Assembly (NCBI GenBank): GCA_028534125.1
Contig: CM052817.1
Coordinates: forward strand, 8,062,001-8,122,000
Reading direction: 5' to 3'
Source: Lama glama
Taxonomy: Eukaryota
DNA: 60,000 nt
The position numbers and the translations under genes are program-made. Of this stretch, positions 14,255-27,635 are shown in pieces. The notes under the pieces were generated by a model. The model had not been told where the DNA came from. It was given only the letters and a program-made list of their open reading frames with translations, and searched no databases. Position 1 is the first letter of the stretch. Each line of letters begins with the position of its first letter.

Positions 14255-14695
14255 CTAGTATTAGTTTTCAAGGGGTGCTCAAAGTACCACAAAATAGGTG
14301 GCTTAAAACAACAGAAATTTATTCTCAGTTCTGGAGGCTGGAAGCCAGAAATCAAAGTATTGGCAGGGCCATATACCCTCTGAAGGCTCTTGAAAAGAAT
14401 CCTTTCTTGCCTCTTAATTTCTTATGGCTACCAGCAAACCTTGGCATTCCTTGGCTTGTAGCTCCATCACTCTGATCTCTGCCTCCACTCTCACATGGCT
14501 TTCTTTTTTAAGTGTCTGTGTCTCTGTCCAAATTTCTCTCTCCTAATAGGGATATCAGTCAACCCTAATTAAGTATGACTCATCTTAACTTGGTTACATC
14601 TGCAGAGACTCTGTTTCCAAACAAGTCACACTCACAGGTTCTGGAGGTTAGGATTTCAACATACCTTTTAGGGGGAAACAATTTAACCCACAACA
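14255..14695. mobile_element. MLT1 (MaLR) solo LTR
   Basis: gtattagttt...ggtggcttaaaacaacagaaatttattctcagttctggaggctggaag...ggttaggatttcaacata. Confidence 0.88.
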
Positions 14696-14699
14696 AAGA

Positions 14700-15260
14700 C
14701 TGTGCTTCCCATTTCACTGAGAAACTAGAAACAGTCAAAAGACCTTCTGCATGTCACCAGATCTACACATCAAACACAGTATAGGCAGTTGTCTATACTC
14801 CTGTTAGTATGAATCCATGCTCCTATCTAAAAGTCAAACCATTTATTTGTATACTAAATCCTATCCTCTCTCTACTACTTAATGACATCACTCCAGCAAT
14901 TCTAACATCTCTCTCCTATGTCACCAATTTTACTCATGCTACTATTTTGTTTCTATCAGCATACAAACATATTTCTCCTATCCTAAAAATAAAAAGCAAA
15001 AACAATTTAAAAACTCTTGACCCCACTCCCTCTTCCATTTCTCTGCTTTCTTTACAGCATACTCCTCAGATGAATCACCTATACTTATTAATTCTAATCT
15101 CACTTTTGTCCTCACAACTTCACCAAAAGATAAACAACGAATTGTTGCTAAAGCCAATAGTTAAGTATTGTTCCTCTTTCTACTTACCTATCAGCAGCAT
15201 CTGACACACTTGAATTCCTCCCTCCTTGGAACATTCTCTTCAACTAGCTTCAGGAATATC
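14700..15260. mobile_element. L2 internal fragment
   Basis: ttcccatttcactgagaaa...ccttggaacattctcttcaactagcttcagga. Confidence 0.65.
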
Positions 15261-15369
15261 ATACTTAATACTAAAATCAGACAAGTAACATTCTGTGAAA
15301 TATTCTACAGCTACACTAAGATACAGTACTTTTAAGGCATTCTTTGAAATTACTTCAATTTCATCAAGA

Positions 15370-17082
15370 ATATCCACAAGGTTGCAGGATACAAGATTAA
15401 TATATAAAAAACAATACATTCCTATATACCAGCAATGAACAATTAAAATTTGAAATTAAAAGCATTAAGCCATTTACATTAATACATCAAAAAAATGAAA
15501 TACCATGGTATAAATCTAATAAAATATGTACAAGGTCTACATCTTTAAGGAAATGTACATGTAGAGAAAAACTACAAAACTCTGATAAACAAAATCAAAG
15601 AAGAACTAAATAAATGGAAAGAACTAAGTAAATGGTGAGCTATTCCATGTTCATGGATAGGAAGACTCAATATTGTCAAGATATTAGTTCTATCCAACTT
15701 GAGCTATAGATTCAATGCAATCCCAATCAAAATCCCAACATGTTATTTTGTGGATATTGACAAACTTATTCTAAAGTTTATACAGAGAAGCAAGAAACTC
15801 AGAATAGCCAAAACAATACAGAAAGAGAAAAACAAAGTTAGAGAACTGGCACTATTCAACCTCAAGACTTACTATAAAGTTCCAGCAATCAAGATCATGT
15901 GGTGCTGCAAAACAACAAATAGATGAACGGAACAGAATATAGAGACCAGAGATAGACCCAAATAAATACAATCAACTGACCTTTGACAACAGAGCAAAGA
16001 TAACACAATGGAGCAAAGACAGTCTTTTCAATTATTGGTGATGGAAAAACTGGACATTCATATGCAAAAAAAAAAGAAAAAAAGAATCTAGACACAGATC
16101 TTAACTTTCACAAAAATTAACTCAAAATGGATTGTGGAACTATATGCAAAGCACAAAAATATAAAACTCTTGGAAGATAACAGAGGAGAAAACCTAGATG
16201 ACCTTGGATATGGTGATACCCTCTTAGATATAACACCAAAGGCACAATCCGTGAGAGAAAAAAAATTGATAAGCTAGACTTAGTTAAAATTAACTTTTGC
16301 TCTGGGAAAGACAAGGTCAAGAGAATGAGAAGACAAGCCAGATCTTATCAAAGATTTACAGACGGCAAATAGCATATGAAAAGATGTTCCCTGTCATCAG
16401 GTGAAATGGAAATGAAAACAACAGTGACATACCACCACAATCTACCAGAATGGCCAAAATCTGGAACACTGACAACAGCAAATGCCAGCAAGACTGCAGA
16501 GTATCAGGAACTCTCATACAATGTTGATGGAAATGCAAACTGGTGTAGTCCTTCTGGAAGACAATTAGGCAGTTTCTTCGGAGACTAAATACACTCTTAC
16601 CATAGGATGTAGCAATTGTACTCTTTGTTAACTACCTAAATGACCTGAAAACGTATATCCACACAAGAACCTACACACTGATGTTTATAGCAGCTTTATT
16701 CATAACTAGTAAAAAATTCAGTGGTTGCCAGGAATTGGGGTGAGGGGATGGATAGGTGGAACACAGAGGATTTCTAGGGCAGTAAAAATACTCCATATGA
16801 CATCATAATGATGGACACACGCTATTATATATCTACCCAAATATTTAGAATGTGTAACAACAAGAGTGAATTCTAATGTAAACTATGGACCCTGGGTGAT
16901 TACGATGAACCACTAAAGGTTCATCAACTGTAACAAATGTACCATTCTGGTGGCGGCAGGGGTTGTTAATACTTATGTGAGGGCAGGTGTACATGGGAAA
17001 CCTCTATATCGTCACCTCGATTTTGTTGTGAACCTTAAACTGCTCTAAAAAAATAAAAACTCCAATAAAAATTTTTTTTAAA
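15370..17082 (+). mobile_element. L1MC-like ORF2 3' half and 3' UTR
   Basis: ORF2 peptide YRFNAIPIKIP...LILKFI...LKTYYK. 3' UTR motif aatgtaaactatggac. A-rich end. Confidence 0.9.
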
Positions 17083-18724
17083 GAATATCAACAAGCAGGC
17101 AATTGGTTCTGGAATTAAGCGCCCTTGGCTATTACTAAAATTAAGGACTAAATCCCATATAAAACTATGTCAGCAAATGATGTTTTCCTCAAATCCGTCA
17201 ATCCTTAACAGTAATTTAATACAGATTTTTGTATTTCAGAAACTCCAACATTAGCAATTTCAATCTCTAGCATCATGAAAAGCACTCAAGATCCTACTTT
17301 CGAGCAGAGTGCATGCGTGTGTTTATATGCAAATGAGCAGGAGGAATTCTTGGAGAAAGCCAAATTTGGTCTATACACATTTTTTTCAATGATGAATTTG
17401 GCATTTTAGGAGAATTAATAGAAACTTTTAACCTCTGGCAGTCCTTGGCTTTTATATAGGTCCTGGTAGTTAAGGACATTTTGTTTGTTTGTTTAAAACT
17501 TAATACATGTACACAGAGTTCTGTGGCAAGACAAAATTGATAGTCATACTCTGGAGCAGCATCAATTCTAAACAATACACAAATGATTACCCTCATAGGA
17601 TTATCACTCTGAGGTACTACTTTCCCCTTCCATTCCCTCTCAACACCTGCTTGTATTTATATTTATATGAAATATAAAAGAAAATGCAATTAAAGCTTGG
17701 GTTTAAGGGAAGATTTGATTAAAAATGTCACACTGACAACTTCAACTCAAGTTTTATAACCATCATATTATTTTCAAATTTATTATCTCTGGCGATTTAA
17801 ACTTGAGATAATATTCAAACTGAAGAGGGCAAAAATGTGTCTGACTGCTTAGTTCCAACCTAGAGAACCCCTCTTTGATATTCCCATATTTTGAAGAAAA
17901 AATCCTGTAAGACTTTCATAAAGATTCAATGGAAAAAGTCTTACAGGGGAAGAGAGGAGCAGAACAGAATTCATCCTCTTCTTAACTTCAGGTTACCACC
18001 TAGTCTGATCCAATGTGATAGGATCTGTGCACAAATGAGGATGCAGCCTTGGGAAAGAATCTCTAAGGAGGGGAATATGAATTGAGACCATCATATAATG
18101 AGAATCATGAGGATGAAAATTAAATGCTTTTATAAGACCCCAAGTGATGCTTCACCCACATCTATGACTTTGACTTTTATTCCACGTATCTGCACATGGT
18201 GCTGATCCTTGACCTTGATTCCCATTTAATACCTTATCTTTCCATGCCCTGTCCATAAAATGGTGACTATCCATTTTTAATTTTATAAATCCAACCTACC
18301 TCATAATTTAATGGCTATATCTTGAAAACTATCTGGTCTTTAAAGGTAGGGACCTTATCTTATTATTTTTGTATTCCTAGTATTTAGCACAATTCCTGGA
18401 CAAAATGGGCCCTCAATAGATGTTTGCTAAATAAACATATTACTTTACTCGTGTTGATGAGATTATGCTCATGGTATTCAACAGCATTAATCAAAACATT
18501 TGGCTGACCTTTAAAATATTTTAGTATTAGTTTTAGTCTTGGTAACCTTTACTCTCAAGATTATGACTAATGAGAATATTTTCAACCCACAGGCACAACA
18601 TGTACTTCGGACAGTAGGATTTTCAAGATCAGTTTCTAAAAAGAAAATTTCAGTTTGTGTGTTTTTTAATCAACATTGTCCTTGTCTTCCTTGTTCTGCA
18701 TGAAATCAAGATATGGATGGTGTA

Positions 18725-19614
18725 CAAATGGCAAATAGGCACATGAAAAAATGCTCAATATCACTAATTATCAGAGAAATGCAAATCTAAACTACGATGA
18801 GATATCACCTCAAACTAGTCAGAATGGCCATCATTAAAAAGGCCACAAACAGTAAATACTGGAGAGGGTGTGGAGAAAAGGGAACCCTCCTATACTGTGA
18901 GTGGCAATGTAGTTTGGTGCAGCTGTTATGGAAAACAGTACGGAAATTCCTCAAAACACTCAAAATAAACTTACCATATGATCAACAATTCCACTCCTGA
19001 GGGAACTTAAATTCAAAAAGACACATGCACCCCAATGTTCAGAGCAGTACTATTTACAATAGCCAAGACATGGAAACAACCTAAATGTCCATCAACAGAT
19101 GACTGGATAAAGAACTTGTGGTATATTTATACAATGGAATACTACTCTACCATAAAAAAGAATAAAATAATGCCATTTGCAGCAACACAGATGGACGTGG
19201 AGATTGTCATTCTAAGTGAAGTAAGCCAGAAAGAGAAAGAAAAATACCGTATGATATCACTTATATGTGGAATCTAAAAAAAAAAAAAAAAAGACAAACT
19301 ACTTATTTACAAAACAGAAAGAGACTCATAGACATAGAAAATAAACTTCTGGTTACTGGGGAGAAGAAGGTGAGAAGGGATAAATTAGGAGTTTGAGATT
19401 TGCAGATACTAATTACTATATATAAAATAGATAAACAACAAGTTTATACTGTATAGCACAGGGAACTATATTCAATATCTTGTAGTAACCTATAATGAAA
19501 AGGATTTGAAAACAAATATATGTATGTATATGTATGACTGAATTATTATGCTGTACACCAGAAATTGACACTATAACATAACATTATAAACTGACTATAC
19601 TTCAATTAAAATAA
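18725..19614 (+). mobile_element. 5'-truncated lineage-specific L1 with a degenerate 17-bp TSD
   Basis: ORF2 end (MRYHL...; FTIAKTWKQPKCPSTDDWIKNLWYIYTMEYY). Flanks aagatatggatggtgta (18708-18724) and aaggtattcatggtgta (19615-19631). Confidence 0.92.
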
Positions 19615-19764
19615 AAGGTATTCATGGTGTAAGAAAATGGCTCAGCCTCATGATCCAAATTATCAGAATTCCCCATAGATCTGATACTCTGAATGAACTG
19701 ATCCATTATTGAGTTTTTCTTATTATTTCTAATTTTTGAAACTCTCTTCATAAAACTAAGATGT

Positions 19765-20780
19765 AATCTACTCCTGGGGAAGATGCTGTGAAGACTGTTG
19801 AAATGATAACAAAGGATTTAGAACATTACACAAACCGAGTTGATAAAGCCAGGTTTGAGAGAATTGACTTCATTTTCTTTTGGTCAGGTAACTAACTTTA
19901 TCTGTTGTTGTTGTTGTTGTTTTTATTGACGTACAGCTGATCTACTATATTATGTAAGTTTCAGGTCTACAGCCCAGTAATCAGTATTTTTGAAGATTAT
20001 ATTCTATCATAGGTAATTATAAGATAATGGGTATAATTCCCAATGCTACATAGTAAATCCTTATGCTTATTTATTTTATATATAGTAGTGTGTATCTGTT
20101 AATCCTATATCCTTAATTTGTCTCTCCTCCCTTCCTCTCCCCTTTGGTAACCACAAGTTTGTTTTCTGTATCTGTGAGTCTGTTTGTTTCACATACACAC
20201 TTATTTGTATTATTTTTAACATTCCCTATATAAGTGATATCATATAGTATTTATTTGTTTTTCTCTGTCTGACTTATTTCACTAAGCATAATATTCTCCA
20301 TCCATGTTGCAGCAAATGACAGAATTTCATTCTTTGTTTATGGCTGAGGAAAGAAGTTCTACTGTTGGTAAAATGCTATCAAACAGCATTGCATGCAACA
20401 GAGAGATCCTTTTTGAAAGGAAGAGTCAATCAATGAGGCAAACTTCATTCTTGTCTTATTTTAAGATTTGCCACAGATACCCCAACCTTCAGCAACCACC
20501 ACTCTGATTACTCAGTAGCCTTCAACTATGAGGCAAGGTCTTTCACCAGCAAAAAGATGATGACTTCCTGAAGGCTCAGATGATAATTAGTATTTTTACC
20601 AATAAAATATTTTAATTAAGGTATGTACATTGTTTTTTTAGACATAATACTATTGCACACTTAACAGACTACAGTATAGTATAAACATCTTTTATATGCA
20701 CTGGGAAACTAAAAAACTTATATGACTCATTTTATTGTGGTGGTCTGGAACAGAACCCACAATGTCTCCAATGTACAGCC
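19765..20780 (+). mobile_element. Tigger1 3' fragment interrupted by an L1
   Basis: tctactcctggggaagatgctgtgaa...gaattgacttc // gaaagaagttctactg...atgctatcaaacagc...gcactgggaaac...ggtctggaacagaacccacaat. Confidence 0.88.
19880..20348 (-). mobile_element. L1 3' end inserted in Tigger1
   Basis: Antisense L1 3' UTR (cccctttggtaaccacaagtttgttttctg...ctgacttatttcactaagcataat). Confidence 0.88.
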
Positions 20781-21199
20781 TCCATGGTTCTAAAAGTCAC
20801 CCTTGATATTCTATTTGTGTAAATCAACTCACTTTCACCCTTCCTTTGGCTTCCATTATAACTTTAGAAGTACTAGACAAGAACAGAAATAAGGACATCA
20901 TTTACTTTTAGAAGCATTCTTCCTTAATTTGTATAGTATGTGTATTTGCTTCTTCTAATAACAAAAAAAATTCAAATATATTATCTGACACACAGCAATC
21001 CACATTTTTATATAGTAAATATTTAAAGATGGTTTACAAATTTAATTCCCACTGATTTTCATAATGTATTCAAAAGAGCTCTTATTTCTGTTTCTTTATT
21101 AGTAAATAAAAAAATTAGAAGATTTCTAGATTATTCTAGCTCTAACTTCAATGATTCGTTGAGATTTACTTCTAATGTTTTAAACCATAATGGTTTTTC

Positions 21200-21553
21200 T
21201 CTGGGCTGAATTGTGTCAACCCTGCCACCCCTCAAATTTATATGCTGAAGTTCTTAATCCCCAGCTGCTCAGAATATGACTTTACTTGAAGACAGTAATT
21301 ATCTTTAAAGGAGCAATCAAGGTAAAATTGAGGTCATATGGATGGGCCCTAATTCAGTATGAATGGTATCCTTCTAAGAGGAGATTCAGACAGACACGCA
21401 AGAAAGACAGACCATGTGAAGACAAAAGGAGAAGGCAGTCATCCACAAATCAACTCTGCAGGCACCTTGATCTCAGACTTCTAGCCTCTAGAACGACAAG
21501 AAAATGAATTTCCATTGAGGTACCTTGTTATGGCAGCCCTGCCAGACTAACAC
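21200..21553. mobile_element. MLT1A/B-like MaLR LTR
   Basis: tgggctgaattgtgtc...ggccctaattcagtatga...caccttgatctcagacttctagcctc...ttgttatggcagccct. Confidence 0.85.
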
Positions 21554-21769
21554 AAGCTCTAATACTTTTCAATTATTTAGATCCTCTCAGCATGGAAACA
21601 AACACCAAAATATGGGAGTGGAACTCCTATTTCAAGAAACCTTAAAATGAGTTACTAAGAGATCTTTTTTTAATTGCAAAAAAGAGCCAACATTAAATTC
21701 CAAATGGAAAGTTATCCTTGAATTGGCTTAAGACTTACCTATAACAACATGAAAAGAAGTGGAGGTGCT

Positions 21770-21940
21770 CTGGCAGAAAACAGCTGGGTTCAAATCTGGA
21801 TCTGTCTCCTACTAGCTATTTAACAATTGACAAGTTACTCTCTGAGACTCAATGTTCTCACTCTTTCAAAAGGAGATCATTTAGCATGATGCCTGGCACA
21901 CAACAGATGCCTTATAAAAGGGACATCATTTTATTATCAT
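21770..21940. mobile_element. MIR fragment
   Basis: ctgggttcaaatctgg...actagct...gacaagttac...atgcctggcaca. Confidence 0.65.
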
Positions 21941-24059
21941 ATTTAAAGAACTTAGTACTGGCCCAAAAGGAAACAGCAAGCTATCTACCTAAGCACAACA
22001 GATACAAAAAAAAAAAAAAAAAAAAAAGCACCAATATGCCCAAGTGCTATTATGTAATTTTTACTTATTATAATTTAACCGAAAAGCACAAATAAAATCT
22101 AAATTCACACAACAGCTTATATTGCTTTAAAAAATAGTAAATAGATGGTACAGACTCTAATGAATCAAATATTTAAGAAGGACTCAAGATTTCTGTCAAC
22201 TTCTCTCTAAAAATACTTAACCTTAAAATGCTACATTTTGCCTGAAATTCAGTCTTTCAATTTATATATCCAAACCCTACTAGTTTTGCAAAGACTCAGT
22301 TTGAGTTACACATTCCTCTTAATCCTTAGCTGACAATTTTTCCCTCCCATTGATATAGTAGTATATATGATGTCTTTCTTTTGTACTTTTTGTCCACTAT
22401 GTCAATCTTGCTTCCACAACAAGTTTTATAGAGGCTGGATTAATGTATATGTGCCTGGAAGCAGCCATGTGCTCACAGGAAGAACTTACTACTTTATAAA
22501 TTGACTATGTTAAACATTTATATTAAGTCTGCTACTGTCTTTCTATGCTGCTTAAGTTTATGGTTTTTCAAATTAGAACTCAAAACACGCCTTTAATTTA
22601 ACACATATACAGAATCACACACAGATTTGACAGTATCCTAAAGGAATCACCTAATTTAGCCTAATTAATCACCTAATTAATTCTATAAGAGGTAATTATT
22701 AGCAAAATACAGACAACACTAGTATTTATTCTTATTTCTTCCATTGTTAGCAATATATCTCTTTTACAGTACACAGTGGTTAATCTTTCCATTCCCTGAA
22801 TGATAATGAGAATATATTTTCACAGTAGCAATTGGTGACATTTCAATAAATCAGTGTACTGCAGTGATACCTAAATAAAAGCTTATTTCACTATAATGAT
22901 GCTTCCAGGCTTCCCTCAAGTCAGGTGGTTACTTGCAGTTAATGATCTGTGACATGCCACACAAGTAGTCCTAAAAAGACTTATTATCCACTGCATGTGC
23001 AACAATATTTGCTTTATGGATGGCTAAATGAATGAAGACATTCAATGTAACTGTAAAAGTAAAATCAAAAGAAAACTTACAAGTAACATGTTTTCTTTAA
23101 GTAAAAGGGCTGTGACCATTTTCCATTAATACTTAACCTTTTGCTGGAGCAGTGCAACCACATAGAACGCTCAAATCCACAAAGCCCAGGCGCTGTTCTG
23201 GGTTAATGCTGATTAACTGCCCCCAATCAAAAGAGAAGCAACTTTCCAAAAATGTGAGATCTTTAGCTTCTATTGTTGACGTCAAAAATCACACCACAAA
23301 GCTTAATGAACAATAAAAAAAGACAAATACACTTTATACATAGTTGAGAGTATGCCTTTTAATTTAATTTACATATACATATACAACACAAGCATGCCAA
23401 GAAAAGAATTATTATTATTGTGCTGCACACAAAATTTGCTAATCTGAAACAATATGCTATCTTTTATAGCTGCCAGACTTTGTAAGCATTCACATGTTTA
23501 CCATTTATAATTTTATTTCATTTACTAGACTCGGCTTTTGTCCACCATATGTCCACTGTGGATTAACTATTCCCTTAGGTACAATTAAGGCCTTTCCATT
23601 TGTTGTAAGAAGAGCTAAGTATGAAGGACACAGCCAGAAATAACATTTATACCTCAACCAAAAACAGAAGCACATTCAAACTCAAATGATGGTTTATGCA
23701 GCATCTTTTTTTTTAATAGACACATGTCTACATAGCAAAATAAACTTGAGACAAAAATTCATGGCAACTGTACACCAGCTTTCACCATTCAGATTGAATA
23801 TCAAAATTATATTACCTCCATCAATTGAATTTAAATGTTTTCCAGAAAAATATACTTCTAAACTACCAGTGAAGGTTGGCTTCCAAAACAATAACTATAA
23901 CCAAAAATTTAATCATTATTCAAGTATTTTAAAGATATTTCACAAAACTTTTAATGTTTTCAATCTTTAAATCCTTAAATTTAAAACATACATAGACTTA
24001 GCAATAACTCCTCTCATTACCCATAACTAGAAGACAGGATTTGGAGAGATAGTGGGAAA

Positions 24060-24295
24060 TATAATAACAACTGACATATATAGCACCTATTATATATCAG
24101 GCATAGTTCTAGGAAATTTGTATGTATTAAATTCCTGTAACAACTTCCTTATAAGGTAGGTACTATTATTATTCCCATTTTACAGATGACAAAACTAAGG
24201 TACAAAGAGGGTGAGTACCTTAATGAGATCATACATTTAAATTAGTGAGCCCATATCTGAACCTAAGTGGTCTTACTTAGAATGTGTTTCTGACT
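24060..24295. mobile_element. MIR SINE
   Basis: aggtaggtactattattattcccattttacagatgacaaaactaagg core. Confidence 0.8.
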
Positions 24296-25089
24296 CTACA
24301 TTAAAAATATTAAAGTGCTAGAATATACCATGAAATAAATACCTATAGGGAAAATGCAATTTCTCATCTTTTTAAAATTAAAATTTTGAATAAAAATTAA
24401 GAGATTAGGGCTAAAAGTTTAGTTTTCAGAATAACTACACGTGCAACACAAAAGGCTTTTTACATGATCTTCTGTGGCAGTAGAGTTAGGCTGTTATTAA
24501 ATTCCTTTTCCTTCTCCAGATAAAAAACCTGGCCTCAGAGTATTACAAAAGCTACAAAAAATTTTCACTTTATTATCTCAAAAGTTCCACAGTTCCATCT
24601 TTTACTGAGTGGAGAATTAATAATCTTCTAATCACTAGTAACAAGGATTTATTGAGCACTTTCTGTGTGCCAGGGACCGAGCTTGATACTAGAGAGACAA
24701 GGCAGTCTCTGCCTTCATGGAGCTTCAGTTAAAGAACACCTGCATGATTCCAAATCAACATCAAAAACAAAACAAAACACTTTGCTCTAAAAAGGGTGAC
24801 TTTTCTGGAAGAATCAGACAATTTAAAAAGCAAAAAATAGCTAGTAAAAATTAAAATCAAGTGAGAAACTATCTAGTATTCTGTCCTGGTCCTTTTCTAC
24901 TTGTTTATTCCCCTCAACCCTCTAGGAGGAGTTTAGGAATTGGGAAAGTTCTCACAGACCCCTCATGTGCTACCTTTTCATTTAATTAGAACCAATACAA
25001 TAAACTGAAGAGTAAAGAATGGAGATGACTCATTCCAAACCATATCTAAAACAGAACCAGTTCAAAAACATTTAAAAGACATGTATCTT

Positions 25090-26700
25090 AAATCATCAGG
25101 TGTTTGCACAACACCCACCCATCCCATGTTTATCTCTCTTTTCCAATTAACATAAAGCATGCTGTAATATCTCTCTTTTAAAAACACCAAGACTCAGATT
25201 CTGACTCAGTTCCCTCCAGCTGCTATCCTACTTATGGACTCCCTTGTTTAGTGGCGTTAACATATACATGTTGCCTCTATTCACTGTCTACAATTCACCT
25301 TCTTCCCTGAACTCACTCTACTCAACTTTCACCCCCAGCACTCCACTTGCCAAGGTCACCACCAATTGCCTCTGTACTGCTTAATCTAACCATTCTCAGA
25401 CCTCCTCTGCTGATCACACCCTTCTCCTTAAAACTCCTATGCATTTGGCTTCCAGGATACTTCACTCTCCTGATTTTCCCCTGACCTCCACTGGCCATAT
25501 TTTAATTCCTCTGCTGATATCTCTTCATTTCCCCAAACTTTAAAACACGACTATAACCCAAGGATTAATCTTTGGACCTCTTTCTTCTCTTCTTATACTC
25601 ATTCCTATGTAAAGTTCACTCAGTCTCAAAGGCCTAAATATTATCAACATGCTGTTGACTCCCAGACTTTTATCTCTAGACTTCATCTTGCCCTTGAATT
25701 ATAAACTCATATATCCAACTTCCTACTAGACATCTCCACATGGAGGCTTAGTAAGTGTCTCAAACCTAACATTTCCAAACCCAAACTTTGACACTTATCC
25801 AAAATCTGTTCTTCTCACATTCTTCCTGACCTCAGTAAACTGAGCTTCAGCCTTCTGGATGCTTAGACCAAAAATCTTGGCATGATCTTGCTTCTTCTCC
25901 TCTCTACTTTACAACCAACCTATGAGAAAATCCATCACCCCACCTTCAAAATATATCCAACCACTTCTCACTACTTCACTATTATCACCATGGATCATGT
26001 CACCATTATTTCTCACCCAGATTGCCAAAAGTGTCCTATCTGTTTACCTTGCTTCCACTTTTACCCACTATGGTATATTCTCAAAACAGGAACTGTAGTG
26101 ATCCCTTCTAGTTAAATCACTTCACTCTGCTCAGATCCCTCGGTGGCTTCACATCTCATGCAGAGTAAAACTCAAAGCCCTTACAATGGCCTACAGAGTC
26201 TTTCCTATTCTCTCCTCTTCCTAGATCCTCCTCTCTTTATATCTTCAACTCTGACACTATTCGTTTAGTCACTATTCCCCATATGCAGCTGCACATACAG
26301 CTACAAACACTCTCCCTCTCCCTCTCTCTCACTACACACAAACACACACGTGCCTCCTCATGGTTTCATATATTTCCAAATACTAGATGGAGGCCTTTGC
26401 ACCTGCTCTTCCCCTCCTACTTGGATAACTCTTCTTCCAGATATCTATGTGGCACTTTCTGTCATCTCCTTTACATCTCTGCTCAAATGATATTTTCTCA
26501 GACTTTTCCTTTTATATCTAAATTCTTAACACTCTCCTCTCAGACTTCCTTTTTCTCCTTTCCTGCTTTATCTATCTATACAACACATCACTATTTAACA
26601 TGTTATATATTTGCTTATCTATTGCCTATATTTCTCTAGTGAAATACCTACATAGGTGCTTAATGACTATTTGTTGAATGAATGAAATAAATGAATAAGA
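25090..26700. mobile_element. L2 LINE, ORF 3' part and 3' end
   Basis: cttgccaaggtcacc...tggcttccagga...atatccaacttcctactagacatctccacatgg...tttgttgaatgaatgaa. Confidence 0.85.
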
Positions 26701-26854
26701 GATGACATAAGAAAGCAAAGAAAATGCTTGCTGAATTGCTTCATTTATACTGCAAAACTAGACATTCATATGAATTTTAGAAAATAGTGTCAAGAAAAGG
26801 AAAAGTAACTAAATTCTGAAGTCAAGCACAAATTTAAGTTAAAAAGAAATGCTA

Positions 26855-27635
26855 TTTTTATCACGCTCCCTGACTTCAGATTATACTACAAAGCTACAGT
26901 AATCAAAACAGCATGGTACTGGCACCAAAAAAAGACACATTGATCAATGGAACAGAAGAGAGAGCCCCCAAATAAACCCATACACCTATGGTCAATTAAT
27001 CTATGACAGATGAGGCAAGAATATACAATAGAGAAAATATAGTCTCTTCAATAAGTGGTGCTGGAAAAACTGTAAGAGAATGAAATTAGAGCATTTTCTC
27101 ACACCACACACAAAGATAAACTCAAAATGGATTAAAGACCTAAATGTAAGACCTGAAACCATAAAACTCCTAGAAGAAAACATAGGCAAAACACTTTTTG
27201 ACATAAATCACAAAAATATTTTGGGGGGTTTGTCTACTACACCAAAGGAAATAAAAGCAAAAATAAACAAATGGTACCTAATTAAACTTAAAATTTTTTG
27301 CACAGCAAAGGAAACCACAGACAAAACCAAAAAAACCCACTGAATGCAAGATATTTACAAATGATAAGACCAATAAAAGGATTAATATCCAAAATATATA
27401 ATCAGCTCATATCACTCAATATTAAAAAAGCAAAGACCTGATTTAAAAAATGGGCAGAAGACCTGAATAGACAGTTTTCTGAAGACGACACATGAAAAGA
27501 TGTTCAACACTGCTAATCATCAAGGAAATGCAAATCAAAACCACAGTGAGCTATCACTGGTCAGAATGGCCATTATCAAAAAAGTCTACAAATAAATGTT
27601 GGCAAGGATGTGAAGAAAAGAGAACCCTTGCACAT
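26855..27635 (+). mobile_element. L1 ORF2 fragment
   Basis: [39 protein letters not shown] peptide. Confidence 0.92.

Noticed and set aside
15180..15200. Another AG|GTAAGT on the minus strand
   Set aside because: Lies in an L2 relic and lacks a polypyrimidine tract.
22645..22682. Short direct repeat aatcacctaatt x2 (similar small duplications at 15601-15635 and 28685-28718)
   Set aside because: Ordinary slippage-scale duplications. No array or spacer structure, so not CRISPR-like.
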